Below are positions 36,815 through 47,456 of a stretch of DNA of 64,000 nucleotides, piece after piece. The stretch is from Macrostomum lignano (lineage: Eukaryota). Made by a program: the position numbers and the translations under genes. The first letter of the stretch is position 1, and each line of letters starts with the position of its first letter. A model generated the notes under the pieces. It was not told the origin of the DNA. It saw only the letters and a program-made list of their open reading frames with translations, and searched no databases. The stretch is from NCBI GenBank assembly GCA_002269645.1, contig NIVC01000252.1:1-64000 (forward strand). The letters run 5' to 3'.

Positions 36815-37800
36815 TGAGAGGGAGGCAGAGAGGATGGAGAGGGAGAAGGTGAGGGAAATAGAGAGGGAGAGGGAGATGGGGAGGGAAATGCTGATAAAGA
36901 AGGGAAAGAAGATAGACAGGGAGATAGAGAGGGAGAAGGAGAGGGAAATAGAGAGGGAGAGGGAGGGACATGGTGAGGGAGATGAAGCTAAGGGAGATGG
37001 AGAGGGAGAGGGAGATGGAGATGGAATGGGAAATAAGATGTACAGGGAGATGGAGAGGGTGAGGGAGATGGAGAGGGAGAAGTTGAGGGAGGGGCATGGA
37101 GAGGGGAGAGGGAGAGGGAGAAGGTGAGGGAGAGGGAGATGGAGAGGGGAGAGGGAGATGGAGAGGGAGAAGGTGAGGGAGATGGAGAGGGAGAAGTTGA
37201 GGGAGGGGCATGGAGAGGGGAGAGGGAGAGGGAGAAGGTGAGGGAGGGGGAGAGGGGAGAGGGAGATGGAGAGGGGAGAGGGAGATGGAGAGGGGAGAGG
37301 GAGATGGAGAGGGGAGAGGGAGATGGAGAGGGGAGAGGGAGATGGAGAGGGGAGAGGGAGATGGAGAGGGAGAAGGTGAGGGAGAGGGAGATGGAGAGGG
37401 AGAAGGTGAGGGAGAGGGAGAGGGGAGAGGGAGATGGAAAGGGAGAAGGTGAGGGAGAGGGAGATGGAGAGGGAGATGGAGAGGGAGAAGGTGAGGGAGA
37501 GGGAGAGGGGTGAGGGAGATGGAGAGGGAGAAGGTGAGGGAGAGGGAGAAGGAGAGAGGGATTGAGAGGGGAGAGGGAGATGGAGAGGGGGATGGAGAGG
37601 GAAGAGGGAGATGGAGAGGGGGGGGAGAGGGGAGAGGGAGATGGAGAGGGGGATGGAGAGGGAAGAGGGAGATGGAGAGGGGGTGGAGAGGGGAGAGGGA
37701 GATGGAGAGGGGATGGAGAGGGGAGAAGGAGAGGGGGATAGAGAGTGAAAGAAGATGTACAGGGAGATGGAGAGGGTGAGGGAGATGGGAGAGGGAGAGG
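36815..37800. repeat. GA-rich low-complexity repeat based on gaggga
   Basis: Almost pure G/A on the + strand. Generates EG- and PS-rich pseudo-ORFs. Confidence 0.95.
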
Positions 37801-38980
37801 AAAAATGATGAAAAAACAGGAGCGTAAAAAGTAAACAGAAGGCTGCACTGAAGAAGCTGGATTATCAATAAAGTCTGTTAGTCGGCATCCTGAAAGAAGT
37901 GATTCTGAAAGAAAAAAAACACTGCGAATGAAGAGCTTCTCTGTGCTTACGATTCAAGTCTGAACATTCGAAGGTCATATCTAAGCTTTTATAATTGGAA
38001 CCAGTTAAACGACAATTTTTGTTAGAGAAATTTATTTATCAAAGAAAGCTTTGACTGCTTCAAGCCTTTATCCTTCTTAGGCCATTTTAACTGAAAATAT
38101 TTTCATCCAAATAGCAATGCAGCAGGGCACCCATCGACCGTCTGCCATTAAATCAGTCGTTGAGGCCCTGCCCGACAACAAACTCTGAGCTGACATGAAG
38201 AGCTGATATCGAAGCGAGTCGGAACTCAATTTTCCCCCGACAAGCTGATAAAATGACGAGATTCGGCCTCACTTGAGCCTGAGTGAGCTTCGCGGTGCTT
38301 AGCATTGCGGCCCACAATCAAGCCCCTGCAGCTGCTGAAATTGGGGACTAATCGCATAAAATATTCTTCATCGCTCCGGCACGCACAGGGTTGAACCAAA
38401 TTCTATTTATCTTTGAGTTGTCTAGAAAAGTGCTTCACATCGGATTGCCAATCGATAAAAGTGAATTGAGTCCGCTGTCCGATCACTCAGGCAGGCTCAC
38501 AATTACTGGTCGATGAGGAGCAAAATCAACATTTTTTCTCGTGTACATTTGTGGCCTGTTTCATTTTTTAAGACATCATGAACAAACGCACAAACATGTA
38601 CGCTGTACTCTACTTATGAGTAGAAATATGCGATCTTCTCGCTTCAGAAGCGCAGTTCAAGGAATAATAATTACCGTTGCAGGAAACCGTGGGCACCCTG
38701 GCGAAATGCATTTGGCGACATCGTCCCACAAGCAACAACGCTGACGCAAGGACCACTGTAATGCTATAGTCTGACGGCAATTCTGTCCACTCCGCCCGCT
38801 CCTGAGCATGTAGAGATCTCCAAATACGATACAAAGTAAATTACTATAAGTAGTAACGTAAAAATGCGAAAATGCGAATCTAAAAATTCAGAGTTGTCAT
38901 ACTCTATTTTTAGAAGACCACGAAAACAACGAGTGATCATCTTATGTAACATCTAAAAATAGAACTCTAAATATGGTATT

Positions 38981-41582
38981 TGTGACATAGTGACACGATG
39001 AACTTTGCTATAGGTTGCATGCACTGTAGTGTTGACTCACTAGCAGTGGAGTTGTTATTGATCGGCTTAGAGATTGTATTTTATTCCACCCCACCCCATG
39101 CGCGCGTTTGAATCTGTCTGCACCCACCACCTCAGTGCTAAATAAACAGCCTAGCTCTCAAGCGAGCACCTTTTACTCACTCCTGCAATTCCACACTTCT
39201 GCCTCGCTAACAAAGTTATCACAATGGCGACGAGTCTGCCCACGCTGGGCCAACTGCTACCATCTACAAACATCGAGATCTTCCTAGAGCGTCTCGAGCA
39301 GTACTTCATCTGCAAGGAGGTGAAGGATGAGGCAAAAGTGGCAACTCTGATCACGTCGATTGGAGAGGAGGCTTACATCACACTGCGGAGTCTGTGCCAG
39401 CCGGTCCAAGTGGCGCAGAAGTCTTACGCTGACCTGAAGAAGCTGCTGACAACGCACTTCGCACCCAAGCCTTCGGAGCTAGCTGCGAGGTTCCGTTTCC
39501 AACAACGAACTCAGCAAGCAGGCGAGAGCTTCACGGCATTCATCGCGGGGCTCCAGGCTCTGTCAGCTGACTGCAACTTCGGTGAGTCGCTAAATGAGCG
39601 GCTCCGAGACCAACTCGTGTTCGGCCTTCGAAGCGACGCCTATCGAGCCAAGCTGCTGGAAGTCGTTGAGCCGACTTTCGAATCCCTGCAAACAAAGGCT
39701 ATGTCGCTGGAGTCTGCAGAGCGTTCGTCCCTGGAGATGTCACAAAGGGCATCGGAGTCTGTTGCCAATCTGCAATTTGTCAGCAAGAGAGGTAGCCGCA
39801 AGCAGGTGACACCTTCAGCGCACCACAGAGGGCATCGGGTCAGCGGCAGCGACAACGGCGGCAGCGGCAACGGCGGCAGCGGCAACGGCAGCGGCAACGG
39901 CAGCGGCAACGGTGGCGGTGGCAGCTCATGCAAAAGCTGTGGCGGTTCCCACGAGCGTCATTCATGCAAGTTCAGGGACGCCAAGTGCCATGCATGCGGC
40001 AAGGTCGGCCATATCCGCAAGGTCTGCCAGTCCACCAAGCAGGCCAAGCTACACATGTTACAAGAGGAGCGGATGGCACCTACTGTCGAAGGCGCGTGTG
40101 ACACCCAGGTGCCCATCTTCGCAGTCCGACCAACAGGCAGAAACGCTGGACCGACAGTCATGCTGCTCGTCAACGGCCAGGAATGCCAGTTTGTCATCGA
40201 CACCGGCTCTGCAGTCACGCTGATGCCGCAGCAGCTGCAGCAAAAGTTACTCCCTCAGCTACAACTGGCTCACCTTCGGCTGGACTGGCCGACAATAATG
40301 GCCCAGGTGCACGCAGTGTCCACCGATTACGACATCAGCGACCTGCATGAGCGATTCGCTGCGGTGTTCGAGAACCGACTTGGCAAATTTCGACACAATC
40401 AAGGCTCCGCCCCGGTACAGCCATGGCCATTTCCGACTGAGCCATGGGAGCGGTTGCACATCGACTACGCGGGACCTGTGGACGGCCGCACTTACCTGGT
40501 CCTGGTCGACGCGCACAGCAAGTGGCCAGAGGTGCACATAATGAGCAGCACCGCTGCAACTGCGACGATCAGCTGTCTGCGAGAAATCTTCGCTCGTCTC
40601 GGCCTACCGAGAACCTTGGTGTCGGACAACGGGCCTCAATTCGCTTCGGCCGAGTTCGCTGAGTTCGTCAGTTCCAACGGCATCCGGCACATCTTCTCGG
40701 CGCCATTCCACCCGGCGACCAACGGCCAGGCCGAGCGCTTCGTCCAGGTGCTGAAGCGGCATCTGAGTAAGTGCGGTCACTCCGACGCGCAACTTCAACG
40801 ACTGCTGATGGCCTATCGCAACACTCCGCACAGCGTCAGTGGCACCGCGCCGAGTCAGCTGCTCATTGGCCGCCGGCTGCGCAGCCGGCTGGACCTCCTG
40901 ACACCATCGTTGACTTCGGCCATGCAACAGCGACAGCAGCATCAGCTTCAGCAGCAGCGGCCAGCGCGCCAGTTCCAGCCTGGAGATCGTGTGCTCTACC
41001 GCGATTTCAGCACTGCTGCTCGTTCAGGAGAAAGCAGTCGCTGGGCCGAAGGTGTCATCGTCAATGCCGGCAATCGCAACTGCACAGTCGATTCCGGGCG
41101 CGGCGTACAAGCGCGACACGCTGACCAGCTGCTAGCGGCTTCTGCTGGGCTGGCCGAGTCGAACAGCAGCACAACCCCGGCCGAGGACTGCTCGGCACCT
41201 GACGTTGGCGGCACGTCTACCTCGCCGCAGGCAGACACGGCTGACTCTGCTAACGAGGCACCCCGGCGCTACCCAGATCGAGTTCGAGCACCACCTGACA
41301 GATTGATGCTGCAGTGAGGGTGTTAACTTAGGGGGGAGATGTGACATAGTGACACGATGAACTTTGCAATAGGTTGCATGCACTGTAGTGTTGACTCACT
41401 AGCAGTGGAGTTGTTATTGATCGGCTTAGAGATTGTATTTTATTCCACCCCACCCAATGCGCGCGTTTGAATCTGTCTGCACCCACCACCTCAGTGCTAA
41501 ATAAATAGCCTAGCTCTCAAGCGAGCACCTTTTACTCACTCCTGCAATTCCACACTTCTGCCTCGCTAACAAAGTTATCACA
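38981..41582 (+). mobile_element. Ty3/gypsy (Mag-like) LTR element 2, internally deleted and non-autonomous, 2.6 kb
   Basis: 243-bp LTRs at 38981-39223 and 41340-41582 with 3 substitutions by eye. 5-bp TSD gtatt. PBS TGGCGACGAG (39225-39234) matches the tRNA-Ser(GCT) 3' end. PPT aggggggaga at 41330-41339. Confidence 0.97.
39224..41317 (+). CDS. Element 2 single ORF: Gag with two zinc knuckles, truncated protease and integrase core; no RT or RNase H
   Basis: FLERLEQYF...RFRFQQRTQ...LRDQLVFGL, then CKSCGGSH...CHACGKVGHIRKVC and IDTGSA. This runs directly into PWERLHIDYAGP...VSDNGPQF...TNGQAERFV. Confidence 0.93.
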   Translation: MATSLPTLGQLLPSTNIEIFLERLEQYFICKEVKDEAKVATLITSIGEEAYITLRSLCQPVQVAQKSYADLKKLLTTHFAPKPSELAARFRFQQRTQQAGESFTAFIAGLQALSADCNFGESLNERLRDQLVFGLRSDAYRAKLLEVVEPTFESLQTKAMSLESAERSSLEMSQRASESVANLQFVSKRGSRKQVTPSAHHRGHRVSGSDNGGSGNGGSGNGSGNGSGNGGGGSSCKSCGGSHERHSCKFRDAKCHACGKVGHIRKVCQSTKQAKLHMLQEERMAPTVEGACDTQVPIFAVRPTGRNAGPTVMLLVNGQECQFVIDTGSAVTLMPQQLQQKLLPQLQLAHLRLDWPTIMAQVHAVSTDYDISDLHERFAAVFENRLGKFRHNQGSAPVQPWPFPTEPWERLHIDYAGPVDGRTYLVLVDAHSKWPEVHIMSSTAATATISCLREIFARLGLPRTLVSDNGPQFASAEFAEFVSSNGIRHIFSAPFHPATNGQAERFVQVLKRHLSKCGHSDAQLQRLLMAYRNTPHSVSGTAPSQLLIGRRLRSRLDLLTPSLTSAMQQRQQHQLQQQRPARQFQPGDRVLYRDFSTAARSGESSRWAEGVIVNAGNRNCTVDSGRGVQARHADQLLAASAGLAESNSSTTPAEDCSAPDVGGTSTSPQADTADSANEAPRRYPDRVRAPPDRLMLQ

Positions 41583-43193
41583 GTATTGATGCGCAAAACC
41601 AGCTATTGTATTCTATTCAATTTTCGAGAGGTCAAAATTCCAAAACGCAAATGAGTCACCTTCCCAAAATAACCTGTTTACCCCAAAATTTTACTATAAA
41701 TACAAGCCAAAATCCGAGCTAAAAATCTCAGACTCGGAGCAGCCTCTAAAGATCTTGGAGCTTGCTGGAACAGCTAAGCGAGGCTACAACTCTGAGGAAA
41801 TACGTACATACCGTTCGGTAAGCTCTTGTTCGAGCCTTTGTTATTAAATTGATTTTAAGAGCGATTTTATTGCCGGCCGTTGCTGATCAGTTGATTATAC
41901 TGAAACTATGTAGTTTGAGGCCTCCCCTTTTCCTAAGGGATTGGATAGGATCTGCGGACCGATTCCGATACCCTTAGAGGATTATCGAGTTGATTGATTT
42001 TGGTTATCCTAAATTAACCGATAGGAGCACACCACTCCGGTTCCGTTATTTCTAGAAGACGCCCTTCCTCGAGGACCTCGTTATTGTTACAGAAAGTTGA
42101 TTTGCTATAAAGGGCGCATTGTTGATATTGATTACTGAACCTAAGGCCTATATTGATTTTGTATTCGTCGCCAGAGTTGATTGTTACGCTCCCACTTTCG
42201 GCCGATTTTAGACTTCAAGAAGATTCCTCCAGAGAAGAAGAAAATTTGAAGAAGCGAACCCTACAAACGCGCGCAACAAAGAAGAAGAAACAAGGAACGA
42301 GCTCGGAGAACCTGCCCAACAAAGAAGAGGAGCCCGCAACAGTAAGTGCACTACATTTTGTTCCCAGGCTTTAGAGTCTGGAAGTGGGAGTTCGAGCGTT
42401 TAGACACTAGACCTAATTCTCTCTCTCTCTTTCTCTCTCTCTCTCCTTTCCCTCTCTCTCTCTAGTGTGCTAAAGCGAACTCTTCAAGCACATGTACAAG
42501 CATGCAGGCACGCACCCACAAACACGCTCACACAGGGTGTTACAGCGGCCCTGATTGGTTAATTTCTAATCGTCAGGCATGTACACTCTCGGTGTACATG
42601 TATATCCTCCATGTACATCCTCGAAATCGAATGCGCAATTAGAGTCGGACACATTTATGAAATCGATCACAGCATGAAATGTGAACATATAATTATCGAA
42701 GTTCAAGTTCGAATGTATGAAACTTCAACGCCAGAAGAAGATTGCTGTCACTGCACATTTACTGTAACGGTTTTTCGTGTTTTTCTCTAGCTAATAAAGT
42801 CTAAAATGGGGTCGGCTGTTGCACATTAAACCATTTTGTGCCAATTGCTACCTGCATGTTTAACGAAGCTCAGCTCTCAGATTCAGTTTCAACGCTTCAA
42901 GCTTGACAGTGTAAACATAAAAAGTTTCAGCTTTAAACCTGCTTTATTTTCGCTCATGCACCTTCAATTCACTATGGCTAATCCACAAAATATTCAACCG
43001 ACCACCTACCTGTGCACAGGCGAGTCAAGAGAGTGGGACGCGCAATTAGCATGAAATTAGCATTGCAAACTTTCTCAAGGCTTGGCCCTGGTTAGCATAA
43101 AACAACTGAACGAAGTTAATTAGAAAAACGTAAAGTATTCCTGCTCTCTAGACGGCAGTAAAACAAGTCAATTGGCAGAGTGGAACCTTGAAA

Positions 43194-43769
43194 ATGAACT
43201 CCTTGAAGTTGACGTCCTGGCCACTGATCCTGACAGCTGTTCTATTCATCCCAGCTCGACTTGTCACCGCCCAGCGGCAGTGGGAATTCGGTCACTCCTC
43301 GAACTACCGCCACAGAGACAACTGGGTGAGCAGGCGGCTTCCCTGTCCGCACGACTCAGCCAGCCTGCCGAGAGCCGAATCCCCCAACCTCATCGGCCTG
43401 TCCCGGCCGCTGCTGGTCCAGCGAAAGCTCCTGCTGCCGGCCGAGGGCGAAACGGCGCTGATTCTGTTCGACGGTGCCGGGCTGAAAGCGTTCGACGAAA
43501 CGAGCGCCAGTGGCAGCGCGGGCAGCAACAGCGAAGATCAAAAACGCTGCTCGAGTGACGACCGAATCCGTGACGCTGCTTACAACCTGACCGAGCCGCT
43601 TGATTGGTTCCGGCCAGACAACTGGGCTCGCAGCCAATCACAGCGCGAGTTCTTCGACGCCCTGCCCGTGGACCGCCTGCCCGGCCCCTGCGACTCGGTG
43701 CGCTTCAAAGATGACGCGACGTACTTTGTGAAGATGCTGGGACGCGGGGAGACTGTGACTGTTGGACAG
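43194..43769 (+). CDS. AMN: Amnionless-like protein, exon 1 (signal peptide and AMN N-terminal region)
   Basis: Signal peptide, then NW..RRLPC...LLLPAEGE..L..GA and W.RPDNW...FFD...LPGPCDSVRF, resembling amnionless. Donor gtttgt, phase 0. Confidence 0.75.
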
Positions 43770-44060
43770 GTTTGTACTGCAATGCAATGGGTTGCCAGCT
43801 GAGTGGATCATAAAGTTAAGCAGATTTAGTTTGGGTTAGTACGAAGGTGAATGGACTGCTTACGTCAGCTTGCTGTTTAATTGAAAGTTCCGTCTTTTAA
43901 CTTGTTTGAGTCCACAAAAATTGGCCAAGAGGTTGTCCTGAAATTCACAGTCATTAGGGTCAACCCCAATGTTATAAGTCAAAAAGGTTTGTCAAATTCA
44001 CAAAGTAACTTCAGAACTTCAGACTCCTCACACCACCACTCATCCCGATCTCACCCGAAG

Positions 44061-44616
44061 CTGGAAATCTGCGGGCGCACTTTCACGGGCGGTGAGTCGA
44101 ACGACGATTCATCCAAGCGGCTGCAGGATTTCTGGCGACAGTCGCCGCTGGCCAAGCGGCAGTTCCTCTGGTCCAGCGGTGAAGACTCGGACGATCCGCC
44201 GTTCAGTCTCGGTTTGTTTGGTTCAGGAGATTCCAGAGACTGCGAAGTTCCCCTGCCAGTGCAGTCGGCCAGTCTGATGTCGCGGGTCTGCTCCGGTCTT
44301 GTAAACGCCGAGGCAGCCCCGTGCTCGAATCCGATCCCAGCTGCCGAGGTCAGCGGGGCCTGCACCGACCTGTGCGGCAGCGTTGCGCTGCTGATTCGAT
44401 CGGAGACGATCAGCCTAAAAAAATTGCTCAACCAGCTGCTCAAAGCTCTGCAGGATAAGCCAGCCAGTCTGAGACTGTCTGCTTTCAGAACTTCTCGCAT
44501 CGAACCGACTTACCAACTGGTGCTGCGGATAAGGCGGCATGCGAGTGACGGCGGCGGCTCAGCTGATGCTGGGAAGCTGAGCGTCATCAAAGCGCTGCGC
44601 TGGCTGGAGAGCAATG
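44061..44616 (+). CDS. AMN: Amnionless-like exon 2 (GRTFT motif and cysteine-rich region)
   Basis: LEICGRTFT...VCSGL...C..P...GACTDLCGSVALL, comparable to AMN GRTFT...QGQCCDLCGAVVLL. Acceptor ccgaag, donor gtgggt. Confidence 0.75.
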
Positions 44617-44810
44617 GTGGGTTTGAGCCATTGTGACACACAATAATGTTTAATCTTTAACAACACTTTGAAAAAGCCTCGCCTGCAACTGCATGTCGCG
44701 CATCCTGTGCGACTGGAACTTACACTGGCACCAGTCTGAGATTGAAGGTTTACTCCTGACAGCCTGGCAGTCTGACATCCCTGTCTAACACTCTCACACC
44801 TAATCCTCTG

Positions 44811-44870
44811 GCCGTAGCCCAGTGCCGTGGTCGAGGCGCTCTGATGTGCCAGCGGCCCAGGCTCGATTCC
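44811..44870 (+). mobile_element. Degenerate tRNA-like head, possible SINE, in amnionless intron 2
   Basis: tagcccagtg..gg (A-box-like) and ggctcgattcc (B-box-like). An imperfect 19-bp direct repeat ctgaca..cctgtctaaca flanks the region at ~44772 and ~45171. Confidence 0.35.
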
Positions 44871-45229
44871 AAGTGCAGTCACATTAATTTGGGGCTAAAT
44901 TAGAATCTCGGCTTGGCTCTGCTCGTGCAATTAACGCCTTTGAGGACCAACCCCCAAGGCACAGTGAAGAGTGTACGTGCCTAACGATAAAATAAAGTTA
45001 GGGCCGCTGTACACTCCTGTGTGAGTGTGTGCCTGTGCGTATGACTGCGTACGTATCCGCGCGCTTGTGTGCCTGCTCAGGGGAGTCGGCGGAATGAGCA
45101 GCAATGCCTCTCGCCGGTTGTGTGACAATGTCGCTTAAAGTGCGCCAGGGGTTGCACTCGATCCTGCATCCTGACACTCCTGTCTAACAGCCTTTTACAT
45201 TCAAGCCTAACATGCTCCCACACCTGCAG

Positions 45230-45404
45230 CAGCTGGCATGCGCTTCAGCATCGTGCGGACCCTCAAAAGTGGCGACATGGCTGCCTATGCAGCCAGAACC
45301 GGCGCGCTTTCCGGCGGAGCCGCCGCCTCTCTGACCGCCAGTCTGATTGTCATCTTCATGCTACTCATAGTAGGAGCTGCAGTTTTTGCCATCGTTTTCA
45401 TTGG
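45230..45404 (+). CDS. AMN: Amnionless-like exon 3 (transmembrane helix)
   Basis: SLTASLIVIFMLLIVGAAVFAIVFIG. NAGNAG acceptor, gtaagc donor, consistent phase. Confidence 0.8.
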
Positions 45405-45770
45405 GTAAGCTTATAAACAGTTCTTAGGAACTTTTTACAGGGCTTAGTTAGGGCTAAAGCTTATTTAATGGTCAAACCTCAAGTCACGGAAAGTGAAAAC
45501 ATTCTTGACGATTAGAGTGTCACCAGTGGGGCCACTGTACCCTGTGTGAGCGTGTGTGTGTGCGTGAACTATTTGTACTCATGTGTGCTCATGCAGGAGC
45601 CAGTTTGTCTAGTGGCTGTCTAATGTATAGTTGTCTAATTTTTGTCTAAATGTCTAAATGTATTCTACAGTCAAAGAAGTTCAAAGAATTTCTTTGAGCT
45701 CCATCACTTAACGAAGAGAGCCTGAGTTCCCCTTTTGTCACACTCTGAAACCTTTCGACTTGAACTGCAG

Positions 45771-45913
45771 GCGCAGGCGAGGCTGGGCCATTCACTGCGA
45801 CATTCATCCTCGCCGCCTGTGGCAGCAGTGGCTTCTGTGGCGGCATCAGACTCTCGAAGAGACTGCTGGAGTTGAGTTCTCGACGGCTTCTGGAACAGTT
45901 GGATTCACTTCTG
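45771..45913 (+). CDS. AMN: Amnionless-like exon 4 (basic stop-transfer RRRG and cytoplasmic tail)
   Basis: ctgcag acceptor and gttggt donor. Phase 2 to 1. Confidence 0.7.
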
Positions 45914-46006
45914 GTTGGTGAACCTTGATGTTAATCATCATTGTCATCATCATTGTCATCATGCATGTAGTTGCCATAATCAAATTATCCTCAAACAATT
46001 TCACAG

Positions 46007-46164
46007 GCAGTGACAGCATCTGGACCAGTAGCAGCAGCAGCAGTCAGAATCAGGCAGTTTCTGTTGCCATGGCCTTCACCAACCCGATCTATGATGTGTC
46101 CCAGCCGGACACAGCGGACGTTGAAGCCAAGGATGAGTCAACGGTTGCCGATCACGAGCTGTAA
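46007..46164 (+). CDS. AMN: Amnionless-like exon 5 with FTNPIY endocytosis motif and stop
   Basis: tcacag acceptor. FxNPxY matches the FxNPxF internalisation motif of amnionless. Confidence 0.78.
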
Positions 46165-47317
46165 CGATTTCTTCTTAAATTGAAATTCAGAGAGACACTA
46201 TCTGGATTTCTGTTACAAAATACATAATATACATGATACATAATACCGCTCAGTTAATTGTATCTAGGCGGGCAAGGTACAGTAAACGAATGCATTGATT
46301 TTATGCTTCGTGAATATAATTAATTACGAGCGTTATCGCCTCATCATCATCAGGGAGGGAAGCTTTCTCAACATAATTGCCCCCCGATTGCACGCACTTC
46401 TCCCAGCGACGAAACAAGCAATCAATCGCATCTGCATAGATCTGTCGCGGAATCACGTAAATTGTTCCGTATTTGTCGACTTTTAGCAGTTGATAGCTAG
46501 CAATCACAAAATAAATTAAATAATCGTACATTAAATACCTGTATATCATGTAATAAATTACCACATGCAAATTCTTCCATCATGCAGCAAATTTACACAT
46601 TGCTTTCTGGCACCTTTTGCAAAAGCAGTTAATATATGGAGCCCATGTACCACATTCAATTCTAATGCTTGTAGCTTGCTTATGCGAACTGATCAAATCC
46701 AACATATTTGTACTTGAGGAAATTGAGATACGTGGAATGGGATTGGGGGCAGCAGGAGATAAAAAGAGGCTTTAAATTCCTCTTTAATTGGGCCTGAGGG
46801 GGTGTGGGATCAAAGAAAATACGATTATATATTTCATAAATGAAGAAGCTATGCACACATGCACATTTAATGTATGCACATGTACCATATGTACCGTTGT
46901 CCATAGCTAGTACAGTGGCATAAAACTTTTCAAATGAATAAAAAACTGAACTGCAAAAGGAATACAGATAAATTTTAAGATTAAGACTTGCCTTTTATCT
47001 TCGACTCAGATTTCCATTTCCCATTTAAGTTAATTCATCATAGTCTAAATATTTTGGCGTAAATTAAACGTTTTATTTGTAATACCAACGTCTTCGCCAT
47101 AAGTCTGGAGCGATCAACACACGAAACGTTCAAATATTGATCAGAGGGTTTGTTTGAACTCATATTGCTTCTTAGAAATTCAACAGCTGATTCAATTTTT
47201 TTCAGTGGGCTTGAAACATGCGCAATTTTTACATTTTGTTAACTTCACGATATATTGGCTGCTGTATTGTCATATTTAAATAGGAATCAGCCATTTTTAA
47301 GTTTTGCGAGGAATAAA

Positions 47318-47456
47318 ATGGTTGCGGCGTTTCCTGTTGCTAAATTAGCTTACCTGGGGATTAGGCAACTCAGCAAACCACTAGCAAATTTTATAAGAGA
47401 TCGAGCACGAGCAAGTCCTTTTTTTAAAAAATATGTGTGTATGCCACCAGCACAGT
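47318..47456 (+). CDS. OPA3: OPA3-like protein, exon 1
   Basis: [46 protein letters not shown] is the conserved OPA3 N-terminus. Donor gtaagt, phase 1. Confidence 0.95.

Noticed and set aside
36774-37868. Pro/Ser-rich and Glu/Gly-rich ORFs up to 364 aa
   Set aside because: Artefacts of a stop-poor GA-rich simple repeat.
41590-42400. Possible further solo LTR or exon upstream of amnionless
   Set aside because: No TG...CA boundaries with a TSD and no recognisable peptide.
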